A model generated the notes under the pieces. The model searched no databases. It was given only the letters and a program-made list of their open reading frames with translations, and was not told the DNA's origin. The translations under genes and the position numbers were made by a program. Of a stretch of 32,000 nt of DNA, positions 1 to 7,443 are shown in pieces. Source of the DNA: an uncultured Chloroflexia bacterium (GTDB lineage: Bacteria > Chloroflexota > Anaerolineae > Anaerolineales > Anaerolineaceae). Location of the stretch: positions 3,450,001-3,482,000 of the forward strand of contig OY969938.1 in the NCBI GenBank assembly GCA_963704755.1. Direction: 5' to 3'. Each line of letters opens with the position of its first letter. Within the stretch, counting starts at the first letter, position 1.

Positions 1-35
1 TGGAAAGATGAGCGTTCAGGCGTACATCGAACAAA

Positions 36-1523
36 ATGGGTGGAGCTAAACGATTCTCTATCAAGAACATCGATCTGATTGCCAATATTTTTATTGGTGT
101 ATTGGCATTTTTCTTTTTGGCGAACCTGAAAGGGGGGCAGGACTGGGGCGGCGACTTTAGTATGTATATCATGAATGCGAGAAACATAGTGAACGGCGCC
201 CCGTATGCCCAAACCCAATACCTGTACAACCTGGATACCGCCAGCTACGGGCCGGTGGCTTACCCCCCGGTTTTTCCGTTATTGCTGACGCCTGTCATTG
301 CGGTTTGGGGTGTCAATCTGCTCGCCCTAAAAGCGGTGGGAATCTTTTGCTTCGTAGGGTTGCTTTTCTACCTTTATTACAAGGTGATTCCCGGCCGTTT
401 GCAACCCGCCTTGGGCATCCTCTATCTTGTGATCGCCGGCTTGTACCCGCCTTTCTTTGTGCAGCTCGATCGCATTACCTCGGATATTCCATTTCTCCTG
501 ATTTGCGCCATTTCGTTGCGGCAGATCAATGATGTGACGGATTCCGGCAAGGGCGATATCGGCCACTGGTACCAGGCCGTGTGGACCGGGGTGGTCATTT
601 ATCTGGCTTACGGAACCCGCGCCGTGGGGATTGTCCTTTTGCCCGTTGTGTTTTGCCTGGATTTGCTGCGAAACAAGAAGATCCACTTGACGACCTTCAT
701 CGTTCTGGCTACGGCCAGCAGCTTGATACTTTTGCAGTATGGGTTGATCCCACAAACGGGAAGTTACTTCAACCAACTTCCGCAAAACTTTTATCAGGTA
801 CTTCTTTTACTGTCTCGTACGCTAGTTTCTTATTTTGAATTGATTTTTTCGATGTTTCAGAGCAGCCATTTTTTTGTCCAGGCCGTTATTTTCCTGGTGG
901 TGTTGGAGTTTGTGGTTATCGGTTTGCTTGGCCGCTTGAAACGAGGTGTTTCCAGCTATGAGCTCTTTTGTCTTTTTTATCTGGCCGGCTTATTGTTCTG
1001 GCCATCTTATCAAGAAATCCGGTTCCTTTTCCCAATCGTTCCCTTTTACATCCTCTTTTGCCTGGAAGGGTTCCAGACCATTCTCAATAAACTGGAAGCT
1101 TTTCCGGTCTGGCTGCTGAAAGCGCTTTCTTTGTTTTTGCTGCTCGGGTTTGGGTTCTATTACGATAGTATCTATACTGGGCTGGTGCCTCGACCGGCAA
1201 GCGAACTGGAAGCAAACAGCGCCCAGGAAGTGATGCAGTATGTGATCCGCGAAACCGGGCCGGATGACGTCGTCGCGTTTTTCAAACCACGCGTCCTGGC
1301 GCTTTTTACCGGCTGCGAATCGGTGGCCCTGGCCATCCCGGCACCGGATGGAGATAGCCTGGGCCGGATGAGCGCCCTGGGCGTAACGTATGTGATTGTG
1401 CGCCTGGACGATGTTGGTGACGACCAGCCCGAAATGCTACAGTTGATCCATTCCAATCCGCTTGATTTTCAGCTCGTATATCAAAACGCCGAATTCGGGG
1501 TGTATCGTTTTATGGGCGGCTGA
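36..1523 (+). CDS. Polytopic integral membrane protein, GT-C-type (ArnT/PMT-like) glycosyltransferase candidate
   Basis: 495-aa ORF. An in-frame TGA at 9-11 leaves ATG 36 as the first possible start. Many hydrophobic segments fill the first ~380 aa, followed by a soluble C-terminal ~110 aa, the layout of GT-C enzymes. The family call is from architecture recall, not a diagnostic motif. Confidence 0.6.
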   Translation: MGGAKRFSIKNIDLIANIFIGVLAFFFLANLKGGQDWGGDFSMYIMNARNIVNGAPYAQTQYLYNLDTASYGPVAYPPVFPLLLTPVIAVWGVNLLALKAVGIFCFVGLLFYLYYKVIPGRLQPALGILYLVIAGLYPPFFVQLDRITSDIPFLLICAISLRQINDVTDSGKGDIGHWYQAVWTGVVIYLAYGTRAVGIVLLPVVFCLDLLRNKKIHLTTFIVLATASSLILLQYGLIPQTGSYFNQLPQNFYQVLLLLSRTLVSYFELIFSMFQSSHFFVQAVIFLVVLEFVVIGLLGRLKRGVSSYELFCLFYLAGLLFWPSYQEIRFLFPIVPFYILFCLEGFQTILNKLEAFPVWLLKALSLFLLLGFGFYYDSIYTGLVPRPASELEANSAQEVMQYVIRETGPDDVVAFFKPRVLALFTGCESVALAIPAPDGDSLGRMSALGVTYVIVRLDDVGDDQPEMLQLIHSNPLDFQLVYQNAEFGVYRFMGG

Positions 1524-1631
1524 ATTAACCACCATGAGCGTTAAGCCCGAGAAACATTGGCTTTTTATCTGGCGGCTTAGAAAGAGCTTTATTTGCAAAG
1601 AATAGTAGAAAGAGATTTTTTTGACTAAATT

Positions 1632-2003
1632 TTATTTTGCGAAATATTCTACATTTTCCAGACCGTGGAAATGCTCATCTTGGGTCCATAAGGTGGCATC
1701 ATGAGCTCGCGCTACGGCAAGAATCATGCTATCCGCCATCGGAATTTTGTGATTCATCGAAAGCTCCGCGGCCAGGATTGCGAGTTCCTGGGTAAGATCA
1801 ATTACTTTCCCAGTTGTCATCAGACCGACGGCCTTGAGTGCATCCTCTTCATCCCTTTGTAAAGCGATCTTTTTGAAAACCTCATAAATGCAAATTGTGG
1901 GGACAAGCAAGTTCTCGCTATCCTGAATCGAAGGTGCAAACTTCTCTCCGTTGGCGCCTCTGGCGAAATATTCCAACCAGCCGGATGAATCTACTACATT
2001 CAT
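1632..2003 (-). CDS. vapC: PIN-domain toxin, VapC family
   Basis: 123-aa ORF. N-terminal MNVVDSSGWLEYF carries the first PIN acidic residue, and the C-terminal DSMILAVARAHDATLWTQDEHF is an acidic PIN signature. The start overlaps the upstream antitoxin stop by 4 nt. Confidence 0.8.
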   Translation of the reverse strand: MNVVDSSGWLEYFARGANGEKFAPSIQDSENLLVPTICIYEVFKKIALQRDEEDALKAVGLMTTGKVIDLTQELAILAAELSMNHKIPMADSMILAVARAHDATLWTQDEHFHGLENVEYFAK

Positions 2004-2209
2004 ATGCGGTCTTCCTCGTCTCGTTCCACGGTAGTATCGATCCCTTCCAGGAATCCGTAACCTTCTTTAACGGGCGGCACCAGCACCATGCGCAGGCTAT
2101 TTTTATAGGGGATAAAAACTACTTTTTGGCCCGGCTTCAGGTTATATAGCTCGCGGATCTTACGGGGAATGACCACTTGATATTTAGAGGAAATGATTGT
2201 CGTTTGCAT
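2000..2209 (-). CDS. AbrB/SpoVT-type antitoxin (VapB/MazE-like)
   Basis: 69-aa ORF. KYQVVIPRKIRELYNLKPGQKV matches the swapped-hairpin AbrB/SpoVT DNA-binding motif. It sits immediately upstream of the PIN toxin and overlaps it by 4 nt. Confidence 0.8.
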   Translation of the reverse strand: MQTTIISSKYQVVIPRKIRELYNLKPGQKVVFIPYKNSLRMVLVPPVKEGYGFLEGIDTTVERDEEDRI

Positions 2210-2312
2210 TTCTTACCTTTCTTTATCGATAAATAAACGTAATACATTGTTATTATACGACGGATGCGACCGTTTATTACCGCTTATGGGTTGAATAGGT
2301 TAAAATATTTCC

Positions 2313-3203
2313 ATGTTTCGCCACCGTATTTACCTCGGAGACAACCTGCCCATCCTGCAATCTTTGCCGGGCGAGTCGATCGATCTGATTTATATCGATC
2401 CGCCTTTCAACACCGGCAAAGCCCAATCCCGTACCCAGATCAAGACCGAGCAAAAGGATAGCGGTGACCGCACCGGTTTCGCAGGCCGGCGCTATGAGAC
2501 GGTCAAGGTGGGGTCCAAGGCTTACCTGGATGTCTTCGATGATTACCTGGCTTTTCTGGAGCCACGCCTGCGCGAGGCTCAACGTCTGCTCAAGCCGAAC
2601 GGCAGCCTGTATTTTCACATCGACTACCGCGAGGTGCATTACTGCAAGATACTGCTCGACCAGATCTTTGGACGGGAGTGTTTCCTCAACGAGATCATTT
2701 GGGCCTATGACTACGGCGCTCGCACGAAGAAAAAATGGCCGCCCAAACACGATAATATCCTCTGGTACGCCCGCGACCCGCAGCACTATACCTATAACGT
2801 GGACGCGATCGAGCGCATCCCTTACATGGCTCCCGGCCTGGTGGGGCCAGAAAAGGCTGCCCGCGGCAAGCTGCCAACCGATACCTGGTGGCATACCATC
2901 GTTCCGACCAATTCAAAGGAGAAGACCGGCTACCCGACCCAAAAACCCCTGGGTATCCTGAAGCGGATTATCCTGGCCTCTTCCAACCCGGGCGAGGTGG
3001 TCTTGGACTTTTTCGCCGGATCGGGTACCACCGGGGCGGCCTGCCTGGAACTGGATCGCCGCTTTGTGCTGATCGATGACAATCCCCAGGCGCTGCAAGT
3101 GATGGCCAACCGATTTCAGGGCCTGCCGGACATCGATTGGGTTGACTTCGATCCGTTGAGTGAGTTATCTGTGAAAAACGAATCGCTACCGTCTAACAGC
3201 TAA
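2313..3203 (+). CDS. Beta-class N6-adenine or N4-cytosine DNA methyltransferase (N6_N4_Mtase type), orphan
   Basis: 296-aa ORF. Motif IV, IYIDPPFNTGK, lies near the N-terminus and the SAM-binding motif I, DFFAGSGTTGAA, near the C-terminus. The order IV then I defines the beta class. No restriction endonuclease candidate is adjacent. Confidence 0.85.
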   Translation: MFRHRIYLGDNLPILQSLPGESIDLIYIDPPFNTGKAQSRTQIKTEQKDSGDRTGFAGRRYETVKVGSKAYLDVFDDYLAFLEPRLREAQRLLKPNGSLYFHIDYREVHYCKILLDQIFGRECFLNEIIWAYDYGARTKKKWPPKHDNILWYARDPQHYTYNVDAIERIPYMAPGLVGPEKAARGKLPTDTWWHTIVPTNSKEKTGYPTQKPLGILKRIILASSNPGEVVLDFFAGSGTTGAACLELDRRFVLIDDNPQALQVMANRFQGLPDIDWVDFDPLSELSVKNESLPSNS

Positions 3204-3245
3204 TAGCTGCTTTTAGCTAACAGCTAACTGCTAATTGCTGTAATC
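3194..3245. repeat. Heptamer-phased tract TAACAGC TAATAGC (TGC) TTTTAGC TAACAGC TAACTGC TAATTGC TGTAATC
   Basis: Read directly from the sequence. The seven 7-mers start at 3194, 3201, 3211, 3218, 3225, 3232 and 3239. The tract spans the convergent ends of the methyltransferase and the second vapC. Confidence 0.7.
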
Positions 3246-3628
3246 ACCTTCAGGCCCAAGTGGGTTTCAAAGGGGTCAAAGTCGCGATCGGAATGTAATA
3301 AAATAGAGCCGCTTTGAATGCAATAAGTGGCGATCAGGCAGTCGATGGTCTTGCGAATGGTAATACCTGTTTTGCGCAGTGCCCGGTAGTTTCGCGCGCT
3401 TTGAACTGCCAGTTCGGGGCTCAACATTTGCACAGGCTGGAAACTCAATAAGGCCTCGCGGGCCGCTTCGAAATCGGCATCGCTGCGAAAACCTTGCAAT
3501 ACTTCCGCCAGAATGATGTCCCCCACAAGAACAGGTTCTTTACCCAGAACCTGGTCGAGGATACCGGTTTCGAGGGTTGCCTTGCCGATGAAATAATCGA
3601 TCCAGACCGATAAATCAACCAAAATCAT
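3224..3628 (-). CDS. vapC: PIN-domain toxin, VapC family
   Basis: 134-aa ORF. N-terminal MILVDLSVWIDYF and C-terminal DCLIATYCIQSGSILLHSDRDF are PIN signatures. It overlaps the upstream antitoxin gene by 14 nt. Confidence 0.8.
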   Translation of the reverse strand: MILVDLSVWIDYFIGKATLETGILDQVLGKEPVLVGDIILAEVLQGFRSDADFEAAREALLSFQPVQMLSPELAVQSARNYRALRKTGITIRKTIDCLIATYCIQSGSILLHSDRDFDPFETHLGLKVITAISS

Positions 3629-3824
3629 GGTCGCGACCCTGCCGCAATGCGTCTAAATCCCCTTCCCAGGTCAACTTGCCGCGTAAAGAACGCACCTGAC
3701 CCTGTTGGCTCAAGCGAACCAGTGTTTCCAGGGCCCTGTGCACGACCTCCTTCTTGGTCTTGAGCCCGGTCAGTTCCTGGGCTTTTTTGACTAAAGCTTC
3801 ATCGATCACAATATTTGTTCGCAT
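3615..3824 (-). CDS. vapB: VapB-type antitoxin (MRTNIVIDxxL family)
   Basis: MRTNIVIDEALVKKAQELTGLKTKKEVVHRALETLV is the typical N-terminus of VapB antitoxins paired with PIN toxins. I prefer ATG 3824 over the track start at 3830 (GTG) because AAGGAG lies 5 nt upstream of 3824. Confidence 0.8.
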   Translation of the reverse strand: MRTNIVIDEALVKKAQELTGLKTKKEVVHRALETLVRLSQQGQVRSLRGKLTWEGDLDALRQGRDHDFG

Positions 3825-3979
3825 CGCCACTCCTTGTGAATGTGTATATTATACCGAGAATTGGTGTATAAATCAAACGGCCTGATCTAAAAGGATCCAG
3901 TATAATGAATTTGTCTCTCGCCTTCAATCCATGCGAATTACGAACCGCTAGAATCTAACCGCCAACCGCTCCCTCCCCC

Positions 3980-4636
3980 ATGCCCACTTCTGCTGAACTT
4001 CTCGACCAGTTACAGGCCCTGGCCAACCCGGACAACGTGGCGGGTATGGCCCATTTTGGGATCAACCCGGCCAACACCCTGGGGATTTCGGTCAAGGATC
4101 TGCGCCTGCTGGCCCGCGGGGTGCGCGATCACCAGGCGGCGCTGGACCTGTGGCGGAGTGGGTTCCACGAGGCGCGCATTCTGGCTGCGCTGGTGGACGA
4201 TTGGCGCCAGGTGACCCCCGACCAGATGGAAAGCTGGGCGCTGGATTTCAACTCCTGGGATGTGTGTGACCAGGTTTGCTATAATCATTTTGACCGTACG
4301 GATTACGCCGTGGAGAAGGCGCTTGCCTGGGCGGACCGGGAGGAAGAATTCGTCCGCCGGGGTGGCTTTGCACTGATGGCCGGGCTGGCCGTCCACAATA
4401 AAGCGGCGCCCGACGAGCTTTTCCTGAGCTTCTTACCGGCGATCATGCGCCGTGCTTCGGATGAGCGCAACTTCGTCAAAAAGGCCGTCAATTGGGCCCT
4501 GCGCCAGATCGGCAAGCGGGACCTGGCTCTGCGCGAGGCCGCCTTGCATACCGCCCGCGAGATCCTGGACTCCGCACCCAATACCGCCGCCCGCTGGGTG
4601 GCGAGGGATGCGATACGGGAGTTGGCGCAAAAATAG
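3980..4636 (+). CDS. DNA alkylation repair protein (AlkD-like HEAT-repeat family)
   Basis: 218-aa ORF. LQALANPDNVAGMAHFGINPANTLGISVKDLRLLAR and the later WALRQIGKRD resemble the DNA alkylation repair enzyme family as I recall it. The protein reads as all-helical repeats. Confidence 0.7.
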   Translation: MPTSAELLDQLQALANPDNVAGMAHFGINPANTLGISVKDLRLLARGVRDHQAALDLWRSGFHEARILAALVDDWRQVTPDQMESWALDFNSWDVCDQVCYNHFDRTDYAVEKALAWADREEEFVRRGGFALMAGLAVHNKAAPDELFLSFLPAIMRRASDERNFVKKAVNWALRQIGKRDLALREAALHTAREILDSAPNTAARWVARDAIRELAQK

Positions 4637-4960
4637 TGTCAGGTGTCGGGGGGTGTTTCAGTGTTTCGGTTTTACAGTGATTCGGTGAGGATGTGTCAAG
4701 GGTCGTGTGTCAAGTGTCAGGGGGTGATTCGGTGTCTCGGTTTTACAGTGATTCGGTGAGGAAGTGTCAAGGGTCGTGTGTCAAGTGTCAGAGGGTGTTT
4801 CAGTGTTTCGGTTTTACAGTGATTCGGTGAATCGGTGAGGAAGTGTCGGGGGTCAGGTGTCAAGGCGGTGTTGAAGTGTTTCGGTGTTGCAGTGATTCGG
4901 TGAGAAAGTGCCAGGTTTCAGGTGTCGTGTGTCAGGGGAGGAGTGATTCGTGTGGTATAG
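4637..4960 (+). repeat. Octamer-phased GT-rich word repeat, block A (forward)
   Basis: Starts at the nucleotide after stop codon 4634-4636. It is built from the words GTGTTTCA, GTGTTTCG, GTGATTCG, GTGAGGAA and GTGTCAAG. Higher-order units of about 71-73 bp start at 4653, 4724, 4795 and 4868. Confidence 0.9.
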
Positions 4961-5075
4961 TGGTGTATCCGTTCTTGTGTCATTTTTGAACCAATAAATG
5001 GCGACATTGACGTTATTCACTATATTTTCTTCGTAACGAAAACACTGACATACCACCTTTTCTAATATTCACTTA

Positions 5076-5275
5076 CGAAACAACCGAAATACGGCAACAC
5101 TCCGCTGACAAATGCTCCTCGACACTCGACATCTGACACTTGGCATATTTTACCGAATCACCGAAAAACTGAAACACCGAAACACCGAGACACCGAAACA
5201 CTGTGCCGACACCTGACACGTGACACATTCTCACCGAATCACTAAATCACTGCAAAACTGCAACACCGAATCACT
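5076..5275 (-). repeat. Octamer-phased word repeat, block A-prime (reverse complement of block A words)
   Basis: Contains CACCGAAA, AACTGAAA, CACCGAAA, CACCGAGA, CACCGAAA and CACTGTGC, phased at 5159, 5167, 5175, 5183, 5191 and 5199. GACACCTGACAC and CACCGAATCACT are also present. The block ends 3 nt before ATG 5278. Confidence 0.9.
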
Positions 5276-5277
5276 TT

Positions 5278-6039
5278 ATGATTATCCCTCCCCTCCTCGA
5301 ATTCGATCCGGCCCGGCAGGCCATTCTGGAGCCCCAGCGGATAAAGCTGGACGGCCCGGCGCCGGAGCGAGTGGTCCTGTGCTTTTTCCAGGACGTGATC
5401 GAGCGGTTGCAAACCCAGGGCAGGCTGCGCCGGATCGGCTGCCTGGTCTCGGAGATTGGCGAGAATCCGCTGTACCAGTTGGAGGCGGGCCAGCTTCAGG
5501 TGCTGCTGGTCCATCCCGGTGTGGGTGCGCCGCTCGCCGCCGGTTTTTTAGAAGAAATAATTGCCCTCGGCCCGCGCAAGTTCATCGCTTGCGGCGGCTG
5601 TGGGGTGCTCGACCCGTCCATTGCCGCCGGCCACCCAATTGTCCTGGAATCGGCCGTGCGCGACGAGGGCACTTCCTATCACTACCTGCCACCCGGGCGG
5701 GAGGTGGCTGCGCACCCGCAGGCGGTAGCCGCCCTGCAGGAGACTCTACAGGAGCAGGACATTCCCTACCTAGTGGGGAAAAGCTGGACGACCGATGGGC
5801 TTTATCGCGAAACGGCAGCCAAACGGGCTGCTCGATTGGCCGAGGGCTGCCTGGTGGTCGAAATGGAAGCGGCGGCTTTTTTCGCCGTGGCCCAATTCCG
5901 CCAGGTGATTTTTGGCCAATTGGTCTATGGCGGTGACCTGGTCGTACCCGAGGGCTGGGACCGGCGCGACTGGCACCTGCGGGGTGATGACCGCGCGCTC
6001 ATGTTCGACCTGGCCGTGCAGGCCTGCCTGCGCCTGTGA
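5278..6039 (+). CDS. Nucleoside phosphorylase family protein (PNP_UDP_1 fold)
   Basis: 253-aa ORF. GVGAPLAAGFLEE, IACGGCG and VVEMEAAAFFAVA (the E-M-E motif) are typical of the PNP/UDP phosphorylase superfamily. There is no Shine-Dalgarno sequence; the leader is the CA-rich repeat. Confidence 0.7.
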   Translation: MIIPPLLEFDPARQAILEPQRIKLDGPAPERVVLCFFQDVIERLQTQGRLRRIGCLVSEIGENPLYQLEAGQLQVLLVHPGVGAPLAAGFLEEIIALGPRKFIACGGCGVLDPSIAAGHPIVLESAVRDEGTSYHYLPPGREVAAHPQAVAALQETLQEQDIPYLVGKSWTTDGLYRETAAKRAARLAEGCLVVEMEAAAFFAVAQFRQVIFGQLVYGGDLVVPEGWDRRDWHLRGDDRALMFDLAVQACLRL

Positions 6040-6250
6040 TCAGGTCTGGGTGGGGGATTGGTAAAACAAATTCCACCTTAGAGTTTGCTTAATAAATACC
6101 GTGTTCTATAGAAACGCATTTTAAATCATGCTATACTGAATCAAGTGAAGATGGTTAGACGCCAATTTCTCTCGATGTTCGACCATTTGAAACTGTAGCG
6201 TTTCGCAGCCAAACGTTATCCTCAGTTTCATCATCACAGCATACCCTCAA

Positions 6251-6289
6251 GCGACTTTTGCGAAACAGCAAAAGTCGCTGTTTTATTTT
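6251..6289 (+). terminator. Intrinsic terminator-like hairpin with no upstream CDS
   Basis: GCGACTTTTGC (6251-6261), loop GAAACA, GCAAAAGTCGC (6268-6278), followed by TGTTTTATTTT. The 11-bp stem is perfect. It lies 21 nt upstream of the PilZ gene start. Confidence 0.7.
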
Positions 6290-6309
6290 CCACCAAAAGG
6301 ATTTGGATC

Positions 6310-7020
6310 ATGTTTACCCAGACAGATGATGCCTTACAGGCAGTAAAATCGTTGGCTTTCCAGGAGACCCCCTTGGGGCTGGCAAGCTGTTATAAAGGTA
6401 TGCATTTCATTGAGAAGGTCCAACCCATCCAGGTGGGTATTAGCCACGTGGTGTTTCGCGCTCCCAGTCCCAAGGTTTGCCTGATCCTGGGTGAGACCGT
6501 CTATCTTTTCTCGCGGGTCCTGCCGGAGACCATCCGGGCGACCCCGCAGTTAATGGGCCATTCGGTCCATGAACTGCGGTTGACGGATTTTTCCTACACG
6601 GGAACGCTGTGGCATGAACGCGGCGAGCAGCGCGTTCAGCCAGACCAACCGGTTGCGATTGATTTGTTGATGTCACGCCGGTTTTATCGCGCCAGCCTTA
6701 AGGACGTTTCGGCCAACGGGATCGGGATCCTGGTCAATATCCCCGAGGAAGTCCAGACGGATATCATCACTCATACCCCGGTGGATTTTACATTGCAGCT
6801 TAATTCGCTGGACCAGTTTACCCTGCACGGCACAATCGTCCATCGCCAGTTGATCGGGCGCTCGCTGTTCGATCTTGGCCTGCGCATCTATCCCACACCT
6901 ACCCAGAAGATTTGGATGGAAAATTATATTTCCCGGCGTAAGCGGATCATTCTAGGTGAGTTGGAGCGCCGGCTGGCTTACAGCCTGGAGCCCCAACCGA
7001 TCAAGGATCAGTATTTTTAA
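6310..7020 (+). CDS. PilZ domain-containing protein (c-di-GMP receptor candidate)
   Basis: 236-aa ORF. RRFYR (RxxxR) is followed by DVSANGIG (DxSxxG), the bipartite PilZ c-di-GMP binding signature, in the C-terminal half. AAAGGA lies 8 nt upstream of the ATG. Confidence 0.75.
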   Translation: MFTQTDDALQAVKSLAFQETPLGLASCYKGMHFIEKVQPIQVGISHVVFRAPSPKVCLILGETVYLFSRVLPETIRATPQLMGHSVHELRLTDFSYTGTLWHERGEQRVQPDQPVAIDLLMSRRFYRASLKDVSANGIGILVNIPEEVQTDIITHTPVDFTLQLNSLDQFTLHGTIVHRQLIGRSLFDLGLRIYPTPTQKIWMENYISRRKRIILGELERRLAYSLEPQPIKDQYF

Positions 7021-7118
7021 ATCGAACGGGGGATAGAAGGTGAATTTTGGTATACCGGCGCATCACACCTGCCAGGCTGGCATACCAAATCAAACCTCTT
7101 TCAAGGGTGAGTTGGTTT

Positions 7119-7150
7119 AAACCCGGTTGTTGTGCAACAACCGGGTTTTA
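7119..7150 (+). terminator. Intrinsic terminator downstream of the PilZ gene
   Basis: AAACCCGGTTGTTG pairs with CAACAACCGGGTTT (near-perfect palindrome) and runs into TTTTAT. Confidence 0.65.
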
Positions 7151-7237
7151 TAAGGTTAACGTCAGTTCGGGATAAGAGTTTTTGTTGCCCACAGCGATGG
7201 GCTTTCACGCATTTTGCATGGTATTTTCAAGAAATGG

Positions 7238-7287
7238 GTTGTCATTGCAAACCCTGGCTGCTTTTGCCAGGGTGTGGCAATCTCAAC
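7238..7287 (+). repeat. 50-bp hairpin repeat, family C, copy 1
   Basis: GTTGTCATTGCAAACCCTGGCTGCTTTTGCCAGGGTGTGGCAATCTCAAC. It closely matches 9853-9902 in the same orientation and contains an internal CCCTGG...CCAGGG hairpin. Confidence 0.85.
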
Positions 7288-7443
7288 GCTTATTTGGCCG
7301 AATAGCTGGTTTCATCGAGGCCGGGTTTGCCACAACTGAAAACGAGGTTAGAATTAATCCAATCCGTACAGTATCTCTGGCGGTTTTAACGATTCTTGTG
7401 CGGGCCTGAGAGGTTTCATCGAGCTTATCCTTGGGAGGGGAAA

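Noticed and set aside
2313-3203. Restriction-modification system
   Set aside because: Only the methyltransferase is present, and both neighbours are PIN/antitoxin pairs. The NucS-like nuclease at 10012 and the DUF559 gene at 16029 are many kilobases away and separately transcribed.
4637-4960. CRISPR array (also considered for 9268-9500)
   Set aside because: There is no alternation of a constant 25-40-nt repeat with unique spacers. The whole tract is made of the same short words with 8-nt phasing, the 71-bp and 50-bp higher-order units are degenerate throughout, and no cas genes are present.
4961-5075. Replication origin (AT-rich core flanked by repeats)
   Set aside because: There is no cluster of DnaA-box-like TTATCCACA sites; the single near match is TTATTCACT around 5012. 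No dnaA, dnaN or other origin-linked genes are nearby.
6060-6309. c-di-GMP riboswitch upstream of the PilZ gene
   Set aside because: The context is attractive, but I could not find the conserved GEMM-I or c-di-GMP-II sequence blocks by eye. Only the terminator is reported, and the leader is listed as an open question.
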